Shown: positions 39,680 through 52,701 of the stretch, in pieces
How the letters are laid out: the number at the start of each line of letters is the position of its first letter
How positions within the stretch are numbered: position 1 is the stretch's first letter
Source: Octopus vulgaris
Lineage: Eukaryota
Reading direction: 5' to 3'
Length of the DNA: 64,000 nt
Assembly (NCBI GenBank): GCA_951406725.2
Contig: OX597816.1
Span: 38,812,001-38,876,000, forward strand
Translations under genes and position numbers: made by a program
The notes under the pieces: generated by a model
The model's input: the letters and a program-made list of their open reading frames with translations, nothing else
Told to the model about the DNA's origin: nothing
Databases searched by the model: none

Positions 39680-39899
39680 CCCTTTCATGTTCAAGCTGGC
39701 CATATCAGGCCCAAATATTCTTCCTGTTGTATGTTCAAACTGGATAGATCAGGTCTCTCACACCTACCCGATAATACCATTCTAAAAGTAAACAATCACA
39801 TCATCAAAATCTCAAAGCTACAAGATAATTTATGATAAATTCAAAACAATGTGAATAAATAAGCATTACTTTTGACAGAGTAACCTGAATACTAAAGGG
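39680..39899. mobile_element. TTAA-flanked MITE (piggyBac-like)
   Basis: TTAA|CCCTTT...AAAGGG|TTAA. Homologous to 17407-17626. Confidence 0.85.
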
Positions 39900-40429
39900 T
39901 TAAAGGAATTTAGCTTCTATTTCTAGCATATAAAATTACCATATATATAGGCAGCTTTGTGGGTAAATATGAGAAGACTAGGTAGGAAGTAAGACAGGTT
40001 TGTGTTGCCTGGAAGCAAGTTGATAACATAATTAATAAAAACACTATCAGTTTTGAAAACCAAAGGGCGGATTACTTTGGACAGAACAATGTGATTGTTA
40101 AAGGGTTAAAATGTTATTGGTATATGTGGTGTTGATGCTCTTGGAAGTGAATAACTACACGGCAGTCATGTAGATGACTAAGATCCATGGATAGTAAAGA
40201 AGGAGAGGAAGAATTATCAAGTGGATTTGGTTTTAGTTGGAGACGTGTAACAAGTGTTGGAGTTCAATGAATTTGCAATAACTTTTGTAAAAAGTCTAGC
40301 CTGAATACTTACAACAGAGTAAACTCCATTAAAGGCATTACTGAACTGTTATATAATGTTTCTTTTACTTAGAAAAAGATAGAGAGTGTCTACATCGTAT
40401 ATATCAAAGCTACATTAGACAAATTATGA

Positions 40430-41183
40430 AGTGGATTTCAGAAGTTTTGGGACTTTTTTGGGAGAGGCAGTTATAAGTTATTGTAATTTTAGTATACCTA
40501 TTTCTTTACTAGCCACAAGGGGCTAAACACAGAGGAGACAAACAAGGACAGACAGATGGATTAAGTCGTTTATATTGACCCCAGTGTGTACCTGGTACTT
40601 AATTTATCAACCCCAAAAGGATGAAAGGCAAAGTCGACCTCGGCAGAATTTGAACTCATTTTAGTATACCATTGCTATACATCTTCTATACTGGCCTACC
40701 AACTTTTGTTATTCCTGATTGAAGGAGGCAGCTGCACTAGCATGTTGAACACAGCCTGCTAAACACTGCTTATCACAGCTGACTAGTAGGACGTAGAGCG
40801 CTGTCAGAATGTGAAGAAAGCGTTAGGCAGGACAAAAATGCTATAGAAACTTATGAAATGCTACAGGCTGTTAACTTGATCAGCTGTGCATATTTTTCAC
40901 AAGCACAAAAGGTTGAAGTTAGTGTGGCAACTGTACACAGAATTATTCACGAAGGTTTGATCTCTTTACTCTTTTACTTGTTTCAGTTATTTGACTGTGG
41001 CCATGCTGGAGCACCACCTTTAGTTGAGCAAATCGACCCCAGGACTTATTCTCTGTAAGCCTAGTACTTATTCTGTCAGTCTCTTTTGCCGAACCGCTAG
41101 GTTATGGGGACCTAAACACACCAGAATCGGTTGTCAAGTGATGTTGTGGGGATAAACACAGACACATAAACATATAAACACAC

Positions 41184-41250
<67 letters not shown>

Positions 41251-41760
41251 CATATATACAACAGGCTTCTTTCAGTTTCCGTCTACCAAATCCACTCACA
41301 AGACTTTGGTCGGCCTGAGGCTATAGTAGAAGACACTTGCCCAAGGTGCCACGCAGCAGGACTGAACCCGGAACCATGTGGTTCGTAAGCAAGCTACTTA
41401 CCACACAGCTATTCCTCATGCACAAAATTTGTGCAAAGTTTGTTCCCAGGGTGCTCAGTAACAAGCATCCTAGTAACCAACAACTTGGCAGGGAAGGACA
41501 TCAAAACTGTCCCTCAAACTCCCTATAGTCCTTACCTTGATACTTGTGACTTTTTGTGATTTCCCAAGCTCTGTGACAAGGATCATGGACACCTTCATTT
41601 TGGAGGACTTCCATGGAACCTTCACGAAGGAACTGGAACATTACAACAAGTACACTGAGGTCAGGGGATCCTACTTCGAACGGAATTAGAGCTTTGTTCT
41701 TCTTTGTAATTAATAAGTGTCTCTACTGAATAAGTTCGAAAACTTCTGGAATGCATGTGA
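40430..41760 (+). mobile_element. Decayed mariner element interrupted by SINE B (40500-40658) and SINE A (40962-41418)
   Basis: VSVATVHRIIHE / MHKICAKFVPRVLS / TPYSPYLDTCDF remnants. Confidence 0.6.
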
Positions 41761-41769
41761 ACATATATA

Positions 41770-42334
41770 TTGGATTGTCCGGAAAGTTTGTGCCGATTTA
41801 TAGTAGCTTACCTTTCGACTTATTTTAGAACATGGCTGAGTCCATAAAATAGGATTTGACTACACTTCCATTTAGAGCACAGTTTAAGCTATCTTTTCGT
41901 GGAAGAAGGTTTATGTTCCTATAACCTGTGTTAATTCTATAACCCTTTGAAATAGAAGATAAGAAAATTCCTTTTCGGCACTTGATGCATTGGGAACCAG
42001 ACAAAAATTGCTGCAGCTCAGCTGAGATATGTTACCCACCCTCCATATTCACCAGATATTGCTCCTTCGGATTTCCACTTATTCAGGTCTCTGCAGAATA
42101 GTCTTAATGATAAAAATTTCAATTCCTTGGATGACGTAAAAAGATACCTTGATGAATTCTTTGCCATGAAACCACCTCGATTCTGGGAAGAGGGTATTTT
42201 CAAGTTAAAGGAAAGATGGAGACGCATTGTGCAACAAAATGGTTCATATTTGGTTGATTAAAAATGTAATGGCAAGTATTTATTGACCTTTTTCTTTCCT
42301 TTAAAAATCGGCATGAACTTTCCAGACAACCCAA
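41770..42334 (+). mobile_element. Internally deleted mariner transposon
   Basis: TIRs TTGG(A/G)TTGTC(C/T)GGAAAGTT..TGCCGATTT with a TA TSD. Encodes HPPYSPDIAPSDFHLFRSLQNSL...ERWRRIVQQNGSY. Confidence 0.92.
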
Positions 42335-43057
42335 TACTTACAGGTACAATAGATACAAATGCACACATATGCATGCACACATATTCCAGCTATGGTTGTT
42401 TCATCAGTCTTACAGTGATGAAGATATAAATACAGAAGTGAGAGAAGGACAAAGATTGAGAGAGAAAGAAAGAGAGAGAAAGAGAGAGAGCGAGAGAAAG
42501 ATTAACTGCTAACTGCCCCTCTTCTTTCTCCCCATAACCTTAATTCCACCACAAATATTGATGTTTTGGTGTAGATTGGCGATGGCGATTCCTACTAATT
42601 GTCTGCTTATTTACATTGGCTTCAAGATAACTTTTGAATCTCAGTATCTTCTTGAAGATTCTCTTTTGTTGTTTCTAAGCATCTAATTAATTCTTTAATC
42701 TGCCATTTCACCAGACCATTTTTATTTTTATTTTTATTACGTAGTCCAAAATCCAAACTATTTTAACTCTCTCATAGATAAGAGGACTGTCTGTTTTGTA
42801 TTTAGGTCAGCAGCACAAAATATAAAGATTTGAAAACATGGAAAAAAAAAAGCACCCTAATGTTGTGTAAACAGAGAAGTAGGATATATTATACAAACAA
42901 TATTTCTTGGTTTTCTTTTTCAAATTTCTTACCAATAGAGAAAGAGTTGGTCACCAGTTAAGAAACAAGGCTCTTTCATTGGAATTTATTTAACATCAGC
43001 TTGGTGTTCATGTATATATTTATGCATGTGTGTTTATGTCTGTGTATGTGTGTGTGA

Positions 43058-44185
43058 CTATTCAGTTTTATTTCAAGATTTCTTACCAATAGAGAAAGAG
43101 TTGGTTTCTGACCTAGATCCAATGCTCCTTCATTGGAATTTCAACAACATAAACAGAGTATGTTTGTATGTATGTATGTGTGCTTACATGTGCAGTATTT
43201 GGAGTCATGTGCATGTGCAGATTCGTAAGTTTTGTTTTATGTATGAATTCTCATGCAAATAGTTGCATAGGAGTGGCTGTGTGGTAAGTAGCTTGCTAAC
43301 CAACCACATGGTTCCGGGTTCAGTCCCACTGCATGGCATCTTGGGCGAGTGTCTTCTGCTATAGCCTCGGGCCGACCAATGCCTTGTGAGTGGATTTGGT
43401 TGATGGAAACTGAAAGAAGCCTGTCGTATATATGTATATATATATATATATGTGTGTGTGTTTGTTCCCCTAGCATTGCTTGACAACCGATGCTGGTGTG
43501 TTTACGTCCCCGTCACTTAGCGGTTCGGCAAAAAGAGACCGATAGTATAAGTACTGGTCTTACAAAAAGAATAAGTCCCGGGGTCGAGCTGCTCGACTAA
43601 AGGCGGTGCTCCAGCATGGCCACAGTCAAATGACTGAAACAAGTAAAAGAAAAAAAAATATACATATATACTTAAATAATAAACTTCTGGAAAGTTTTAC
43701 AAATTTTTACTTCCAGTAATGGCTTGGATCTGTAGCCTTTGAATCAGCTTTCTCCTTTTTGGTTTTCATAAACCAAATTTGTCAAGATTGGTACTTAAGC
43801 AGTGTGTTACATATCCCAGTACCCTAATAATTACAACTATAAACCTGAACTTGTAATCTAGGCAGAGTAACTGTAGATTTCTCAATAGTCCAGAATAGAT
43901 ATTTTCTTTTTTGCTAATCTTATGCTATATACTAACATCCACTAGGCAGCTGATTTCCACTACTGTACACAGTTTTACCTCTCTGTCCCAAATCACAGTG
44001 TCAGGTCTATTATGTATGTATGTATGTATGTATGTATGTATGTATGTATGTATGTATGTATGTATGTATGTCATTGTTCAGTTTTATTTCAAGATTTCTT
44101 GCCAACAGAGAAAGAGCCTGTTTCTGACCTAGATCCAAGCCTCCTTCTTTGGATTTCAACCTCAACAACAGGGTATTTTTGTTTG
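43058..44185 (-). mobile_element. Clustered 3' ends of a (TATG)n-associated restriction-endonuclease non-LTR element, with SINE A nested at 43266-43655
   Basis: The same 3' UTR (GAAATCTTGAAATAAAACTGAA on the minus strand) occurs at about 43060-43160 and 44071-44185, and ORF-end remnants at 43670-43900 match 47108-47385. Confidence 0.7.
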
Positions 44186-44299
44186 TATGTATGTATGTAT
44201 GTATGTATGTATGTATGTATGTATGTATGTATGTATGTATGTATGTATGTATGCATGTATGCATGCATGCATGTATGCATGCATGCATGCATGCATGTA

Positions 44300-45500
44300 G
44301 TGATAATGAACAAGAGAAAACACCTCAAAGAAGTTGCTCAAGCTAAACTTATACATCCAAGTCCTTCAGATGAAGTCAATTTCAAAAACCACAGAAAGAA
44401 CTACTAGACCTATATCAATCTCAGCAAGAAAGCTAAATAAACTGAATTAAACAAGTTGCAACAAACAAGCAGACATTACTAGCTAAAAAGAGTCCACAGG
44501 AACACTTAGAAAAGTGGAGGGATCATTTTTAAAATTTGTTTGGGAACATGCCTTCAATTTCTGATACAGCTGTAACTCCAACCATTGACCACACTTTTGA
44601 TTTCACCATTGATGAATTGAAAGAACTGAAAGACATGAAAAAACAAAAGGCTGCTGGACTAGATAACATTCCACCTGAAGTCTGAAAAATAGAAATCAAT
44701 GATATGTTAGGCTTCTGCAATACAGTCTACAATGGAAGTAACACTGGCAAATGGACAGAAGGCTGTATACTCTCATTTCCAAAGAAAAGCAATTGGATCT
44801 TGCAAAGAGCTGTATCACTCATACAGCTATTACTGCAAAAATTTATAATTTACTCCTACTCAACAGGACAGAATCAGAAATTAAGAAAATGTTCAGAAGA
44901 AATCAAAATGGCTTCAAAAAATAGATCAACAGTCAGACTTACTAGGAGTAAAAGCCAACAATCTTGAAGCAGTATGACTGTTTGTTGATTTCTCAAAAGC
45001 TTTTGAATTCATCCACCATGGTAAAATGGTAAAAATACTACTTCCATGAAGAAACAACAGAAGTAATTATCATGTTCTATAACACCAAATCAATGGTAAG
45101 ATCCCTAGATGGAGATACAAATGTCTTTGGTGTCAAAGCTGGAGTAATCTGGAGTAACACACTGCTACCTTTTCTCTTCATGATCACTTTGGATTACGTC
45201 CTCAGAATATCACCTGACAACCTAAACAGCCTTGGTTTCACGTTCATGATTGATTGATTGGACATCAAGTTCAGAAAATAATTGATCTAGACTATGCTGA
45301 TGATTTATCCCTGCTCTTTAACACAATATCAAGCTCCATCCAGTTACTTCATAGACTAGAATTAGCCGCACAAGATGTTGGCGTATTTGTTAATCTTAGT
45401 AAAACCAAGTTCCTTCTCACAATCAATAAAGATCATCAGAGAAGATCCCATCAGTCAAGTTGATGATTTCACATACCTCAGTTTTGAGACAGCTTTAACT
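44300..45500 (+). mobile_element. Decayed RTE-type LINE reverse transcriptase
   Basis: KAAGLDNIPPEV, LFVDFSKAF, PFLFMITLDYVL and DLDYADDLSLL. Confidence 0.85.
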
Positions 45501-46585
45501 GAATAAGGTTTGAGATGCTAGGAGGAGTTGGTTTGCAATTATGAAGAATACCTTTCATTTCTATTTGGATCCAGCAAAGGAAGTTAGATGCTGCAAAAGA
45601 GTAATTGCTTCATTAACAGTGCTGTATATTCAGCAAGAATGCTTTCCTGTTGAGAATAGAAATGTGACTTCAGTGAAATCTAATCTACCTCTGGTCTCTT
45701 GTTTATGCCTCTCTAAATAACTAGAAGAAATGTGGAAGTTTCAAGAATGTTGTAGTTAGTGTTCATATATGGCATAATATCACTGCAAACTGATTGGATG
45801 ATAATCAGGACAGACAAAAGCATAAGATCAATTCTAGACCTTGCTACAGTGTAAAAGCTTTTCACAGACCGAACCAGCACCATAAGCCCACCTTTTCTGG
45901 CACCACTAGACTTTCCCTCTCTTCTGCAACCAACACCATTATTTTCAATAGTTCTCAAAGTCTCTTTCCAGATATCCTGTTGTCGATTTTCCATGTTTCT
46001 TTTCATAGTTTTTTTCATTTTTCTAGCCATCAAGTTAGCACAGAAATATCAATAAATGATGTGCTGCTTTTAATAGAGTTAACATTCCCTTACCCCCAAA
46101 ATGGAAAATTATTTCCACTAGAGATTAAGGGTTCAGAATTTATATCTGTATCTATTTTATCTACTTACTAATTACTAATACGCTTAAGCATTCCCTAAGT
46201 CCTCTCATCATTAAGTATTCCCTAATTCCTCTCATCATTATGTGCCGATAATTTCTCCATTTCTCCACCGTCCCTTTATTAATTTTGCCCGTCCAAGTCC
46301 TCGCTCTCTCGTCTATCAACCTTCGCGTATTCGCGGTGCACCCGCCCTGCCCACCCCCACCACCAATACCGGATATCTCTATATTTTTGCTCCATCTATA
46401 CCGGATGTCGCTTCTCCCACCACCATTATAGGTGTCTACTCTTCGAACCCCCTCTTCAATACGCTATTTCACCATGCATTACCCCTCTCGTGATATCCTA
46501 CGTTCTACTTGTCTAGAACCTGTCATCGTTTCTCTGAACACCCCTCCCCACTGGTGCTCCCCTATATTTCTGCACCCCCCGCCCC

Positions 46586-46892
46586 CACATAAAAAGCACC
46601 ATCTGAACGTGGCCGATGCCAGCACCGCCCCGACTGGCTTCTGTGCAGGTGGCACATAAAAAGCACCAACCGACCGTGGCCGATGCCAGACCCCTCTGGC
46701 ACCTGTGCAGGTGGCACGTAAAAAGCACCCACTACACTCGCGGAGTGGTTGGCGTTAGGAAGGGCATCCAGCTGTAGAAACACTGCCAGACCAGACTGGG
46801 GCCTGGGGCAGCCCCTGGCTCCCCAGACCCCGGTCGAAACCGTCCAACCCGTGCTAGCGCGGAAAACGGACGTTAAACGATGATGATGATGA
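46586..46892 (+). mobile_element. RTE 3' fragment
   Basis: UTR modules, 3' block and (GAT)n. Confidence 0.85.
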
Positions 46893-47039
46893 TATATATA
46901 TATATTAATATATATATTATTAGTGAATTGAAGAAATGGAGCTGAACGAAGATTGAACAGAAATCGTTTTGATTAATCTGCTACAAGATTATTCATCTTT
47001 CTATTTCACATATTAATATATATATGTATATGTGTAGAC

Positions 47040-47385
47040 TTGTATGTTTTGTTTTATGTATGTATTCTCATGTATATAGTTGCATATCTAGACATGCTTA
47101 TATACATTTAAATGATAATCTTCTGGTAAGTTTTACAGATTTTTACAGTTCCAGTGATGGATTGGATCTGTAGTCTTTGAATTAGCTTTATCCTTTCTGG
47201 TTTTGTGAAGCCTAATTTCGCAAAATTGGTATTTAGGCAGTGTGTTGCATATCTCAGGGCCCCAATAATTAGGGGCATAAACCTGAACTTGTAATCTGGA
47301 TAGAGTAACAGCAGGTTTCTCAATAGGTCAGCATAGGTACTCACTTTTCCACTGATTTTCAGCTTTATGTTAACATCCACTGGTA
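47040..47385 (-). mobile_element. R4/Dong-like non-LTR 3' end next to (TATG)n
   Basis: PVDVNI..KISGKVSTYADL...FMPLIIGAL...IQRLQIQSITGTVKICK, the C-terminus of a restriction-like endonuclease. Confidence 0.75.
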
Positions 47386-47459
47386 TGTATGTATGCATGC
47401 ATGCATGCATGTATGTATGTATGTATGTATGTATGTATGTATGTATGTATGTATGTATG

Positions 47460-47490
<31 letters not shown>

Positions 47491-48014
47491 GATTGTATGC
47501 ATGCCTATTTATGCGTGTGTATTCTGGATTGGAATCTTAGAGTTTGTTTTGATCTGATAGCTGCCCAAGGAAGGAAAAGGATCATGTTCTGTTAGTTATC
47601 CTTCCCACGGCCATTCATCCTTCAAATTTTAAGAAAGCCCTGCAGATTTTATTGTCCCTAATCATGATCATCTGTACTGTTTGAATTGGCACATAAAAAG
47701 CACCCACTACACTCACGGAGTGGTTGGTGTTAGGAAGGGCATCCAGCTGTAGAAACACTGCCAGATCAGCCTGGAGCCTGGTGCAGTCTCCTGGCTTCCC
47801 AGACCCAAGACCCCAGTCGAACCGTCCAACCCATGCTAGCATGGAAAATGGACGTTAAACAACGATGATGATGATGATGATGATGTATGTATGCATGTAT
47901 GTATGTATTACAGAGCTATGTTCTTTCTTCAAGAATCCATGTTCGATTAGTATTTTCAGTTTTTCTTTCTTTTACTTTTCTTTCTTCTCTTTTCTTCTTT
48001 TTTTGCTTTGAATT

Positions 48015-48335
48015 CAATTGCAGCATGGAAGGTGTTTGTAAGCCATTTAAGAAACACACGAAAGCCGTTCGATTCACTTCAACATTTAAGTTTAATTTGT
48101 CAAAATATTTTCGTCGCTATAAGACCGCGACCTGTTCACTGACAAAAATCCATGCTAGGTCGCAGTCTTATAGCGACGAAAATATTTTGACAAATTAAAC
48201 TTAAATGTTGAAGTGATTCGAACGGCTTTTGTGTGTTTCTTAAATGGCTTACAAACACCTTCCATGCTGCAATTGTTTTCGTTCCAGCACGCTATCTCAG
48301 ATCAAATCACTTGCTATGCAAGTACATCTCCGTAA
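48015..48335. mobile_element. Fold-back insertion (probable Penelope-type terminal repeat) with a 12-bp TSD
   Basis: Arms 48015-48133 and 48157-48275. TTGCTTTGAATT is duplicated at 48003-48014 and 48336-48347. Confidence 0.85.
48096..48146 (-). ncRNA. Minimal hammerhead ribozyme motif, G3-C8 core variant
   Basis: Minus strand: tttgtca-GTGAACA-g-gtcgc-ggtcttata-gcgac-GAAA-atatt-T-tgacaaa. Confidence 0.7.
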
Positions 48336-48743
48336 TTGCTTTGAATTGTTATTAATCATTGCAATTTTTTTTTACTATTTCCTATACCTTTCTCAGTAAC
48401 TTGCATGCCTTTTCTTCTCATGAGGATTTCTCTGGTATTTGATTTTTGCTTTATTTTGCATACACCACCCTAAATGTATTGACATGCAACATCACCTTCA
48501 TCATCTGTCCATTTTTCCGTGTTTTCATGGTTCAAACAAAAATTATCAAGGCAGATTTTTCTGCAGCTGGATGCCTTTCCTGTTACCCAACCTCATCTGT
48601 TTCCAAATAAGGTAATATTTCCCATGACCAGACATGTTTCCCACAGAAGACTAGAAATAAGCAGCATCGCTTGTTATGATGGTGACTCATGCTTATAACC
48701 ATCACCTAATAACCATCACCTAAACACACACATACTACCATCT

Positions 48744-49273
48744 GAGCTGGCAGAACTGTTAGCACGCCGGGCGAAATGCTGAGCAGTATTTTGTCTGACA
48801 TTACAATCTAAGTTCAAATTCCGCCGAGGTCGACTTTGCCTTTCATCCTTTTGGGGTTGATAAATTAAGTACCAGTTACGCACTGGGGTCAAGATAATCG
48901 ACTTAATCCGTTTGTTTGTCCTTGTTTGTCCCCTCTGTGTTTAGCCCCTTGTGGGTAGTAAAGAAATAGGTTATGACAAGGGTTCCAGTTGGTCTAATCA
49001 ATGGAACAGCCTACTAGTGAAATTAATGTGCAAGTGGCTGAGCACTCCACAGACACACGTACTCTTAATGTAGTTCTCAGGGAGATTCAGCGTGACACAG
49101 AGTGTGACAAAGTTGGTCCTTTGAATTACAGGTACAGCTCATTTTTTCCCAACTGAGTGAACTGGAGCAATGGGAAAAGAAGTGTTTTGCTCAAGAACAC
49201 AATGCCCTGGTGGGAATCAAACCCATGACCCTACGATTGTGAGCTGAATAACCACTAAGCCACGCACCTTCAC
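48744..49273. mobile_element. SINE B (+, 48744-48970) adjoining SINE C (-, 48971-49273)
   Basis: Matches to the 20772-21336 and 20901-21227 families. Confidence 0.8.
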
Positions 49274-49544
49274 CAAACACACACACAAACACACACACAT
49301 CCCTATAATGGGCTCTGTTCAGTTCCCATCTTCCAAATTCACTTACAAGGCTTTGTTTGGCCAGGGGCTATAGTAGAAGACATTTGTCCAAGTTACTCTG
49401 CAAGAGGGACTGAACCTGGACCATGTAGTTGGGAATGATGCTTCTTAACCACAGCAGCCACACCTGCACCTACCCAGGATACACCATTACATAATCATCA
49501 CAGTACCCAGTTTTTTGCAGCCTACAATTTTTGTCCTTACCCTG

Positions 49545-50908
49545 TGTTGTGGTGGAATCCGAACACTCCTGCGAAAGGATAAATGAACGGTTCTGAAATG
49601 TATAAATACACATGCATGCTGGAGATATCAGAAGAGTGTTGTATATGCAGCCATATATTATACAGAGAGTCGCAGAAGCTATTAAGAAGAGATATCGTAG
49701 GATTATGTGTTGGTGATTTGAACAGTTGGTGAATGAATATACACATGAGGATAAAGGAGCATAGATTTAAATTGAGAAAAGAAAAATGCGAGTTTTTATG
49801 CCAGAAAGTATCTGGAACATGTGATTAATAAAAATGGTTACAGACCAGATCCTGCAAGAGTGATAGCGATAAAAAATATGCCACCACCAAAAAATATTAC
49901 TACATTACAAGCATTTTTGGGGCTTGCAAATTATTACCAAACATATATACTGAACATGCATGAGTTAAGAGCAGCTCCAAACAACCTATTCAAAAAAGAT
50001 GTTAAATGGTTTTGGTCTGATAGATGCCAAAAAGCATTCAAAGGAATTATAAAGGTTTAAACATCAGAGCTGTTATTATCTCATTATGATCCAAAACTAA
50101 AAATAGTAGTAGTGTCAGATGCTAGTGAGCGTGGGATCAGAGCGGTAATTCTACACAAGTTTGAAGAGGGTAGTTTAAAACCTATTGCACATGTGTTTCA
50201 TTCATTGTTATCAGCTGAAAAAAACTACAGCTAAATTGAGAAGGAGGCACTAGCCATTATTTTTGCGGTGAAAAAATTTCACAAATTCCTACATAGAAGG
50301 AAATTTAGTCTGTAAACATATCACCGCCCATTGTTATCAATTTATGGATCAAAAAGGGTATCCCCATACACACAGTCAAACAGTTGTAGCACTGGGAGAC
50401 GACCCTGCTAAGTTATGTTTTAAGATGGAATTTCTACCATCAAAAAAATTAGGACATGCAGACGGACTGCAAGAAATGGTTGAACCAGTGTGTACGTCAA
50501 CTAGGAAAAGAAAGCAGACAGAAATATTGAAAATTGAACCAAACTGAAAAAAAACATTCCAATTTCTCCCTGAGGAAGTAAAAAAAAAAAGGTGGGGGTG
50601 GAGAGAAAGGTGATAATAAATAAATAAAAGTATTGACTCTCAGGGTAAGTCAAACTTAAACAAAGGGAGATGTTGTGGTGGAATCCAAACACTCCCATGA
50701 AAGGATAAATGAACAGTTCTGAAATTTATAAATATGCATGTGTGCAGGAGATATCAGAAGAGTGTAGTATATTATATATTATACATATATTAGACAGAGA
50801 GTTGTAGAAGCTATTAAGAAGAAATATCATTGGATTACATGTTGGTGATTTGAACAGTTGGTGAATGAATATACAATAAATCCACAACTACATAAAAACA
50901 TCATAACA
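49545..50908 (+). mobile_element. Internally deleted Ty3/Gypsy LTR retrotransposon
   Basis: LTRs at 49545-~49744 (truncated) and 50671-50908 (TG...CA). Polypurine tract AAAGGGAGA and 5-bp TSD CCCTG. RT/RNase H remnants PDP..V.AIKNMPPP...FLGLANYY, SDAS..GI.AVI and EKEALAIIFAVKKFH. Confidence 0.93.
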
Positions 50909-51174
50909 CCCTGAAATATAGTATTCATGAGGAGCATGTGGTGTGGCATATTCTTTTATTCCTTATTCTTTTGCTTGTTTCAGTCATTGGACTGTGACTA
51001 TGCTGGGACACCTCCCTGAAGGGTTTAGCTAAATGAATCGACCCAGCACTTTCCTTAAAATCTGGTATATATACTATTGGCTCCTTTTACCAAACTACTA
51101 AGTTATGGAGGACATAAGCAAATCAACATGGTGGTAGAGACAAACATGAGCACAAACACACACACATACACACA

Positions 51175-51210
<36 letters not shown>

Positions 51211-51273
51211 CGACGGCTTCTTTCAGTTATACATGTATATATGGTGGTTCATTTAAGTTTTTTTCACTAACTC

Positions 51274-51685
51274 ACTCTTTACTCTTTTACTCTTTTACTT
51301 GTTTCAGTCATTTGACTGCGGCCATGCTGGAGCACCACCTTTAATCAAGCAACTCGACCCCGGGACTTATTCTTTTGTAAACCCAGTACTTATTCTATCA
51401 GTCTCTTTTGCCGAACCGCTAAGTAATGGGAACATTAACACACCAGCATTGGTTGTCAAGCAATGCTAGGGGACAAACACAGACACACAAACACACACAC
51501 GCATATATACATACATATATATATATATACGACGGGCTTCTTTCAGTTTCCGTCTACCAAATCCACTCACAAGGCCTTGGTCGGCCCAAGGCTATAGTAG
51601 AAGACATTTGCCCAAGGTGCCACGCAGTGGGACTGAACCTGGAACCATGTGGTTGGTAGACAAGCTACTTACCACACAGCCACTC
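51274..51685 (-). mobile_element. SINE family A
   Basis: Full-length reverse match. Confidence 0.88.
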
Positions 51686-51831
51686 GTCTTTTAGATCCAT
51701 TAGTTATTGTTACCTTGCTGCTCAGTTGGATTTTCATGTAGTACATCTGTGGTTTTCTTATACAGCAAATTCTCATACAGACTTGAACTGTGCTACAGCA
51801 ATACAGCATATAAGTTCTAGAAGAATATATA

Positions 51832-51882
<51 letters not shown>

Positions 51883-51974
51883 TTGTGTGTATGTGTGTGT
51901 GGTGTTGGTGTGTGTATGTCCCTGTAACTTAATGGGTCAGCAAATAAGACTGATAGAATAAGTAAGTACTAGGC

Positions 51975-52362
51975 TTGGCTGTGTGGTAAGTAGCTTGCTT
52001 ACCAACCACATGGTTCCGGGTTCATTCCCACTGTGTGGCACCTTGGGCAAGTGTCTTCTACAATAGCTTCAGGCCGATCAAAGCCTTGTGAGTGGATTTG
52101 GTTGACAGAAACTGAAAGAAGCCTGTCGTATATATGTATATGTATGTGTGTGTATATGTTTGTGTGTCTGTGTTTGTCCCCACCAACATCGCTTGACAAC
52201 CGATGGTGGTGTGTTTACATTCCAGTAACTTAGTGGTTCAGCAAAAGAGACCGATAAAATAAGTACTAGGCTTACAATGAATAAGTCCTGGGGTCGATTT
52301 GCTCGACTAAAGGCGGTACTCCAGCATGGCTGCAGTCAAATGACTGAAACAAGTAAAAGAGA
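51975..52362 (+). mobile_element. SINE family A
   Basis: Near full-length match. Confidence 0.88.
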
Positions 52363-52647
52363 GTATTGGGGTCGAGTGACTCAGCTAAAAATTCTTCAAG
52401 GCAGTACTGCAGCATGGCCACAGCCTAATGACTGGAACAAGTAGAAGAATAAAGAATATGTATGTAACATGAAGACGGAGTATATTGGGCTTTAATAGTA
52501 GATCACAGCATTTGTTTCTAGACCACACACCTACTTTAAGTTGCAGACTTTATATTCATATACCATTATAAAAGTTCATTCTTTATAATTACTATATACT
52601 TGAATATTTTTCAGCAACAGCTGTGTGTGGGTGCTTCGTGCATGTGT

Positions 52648-52701
<54 letters not shown>

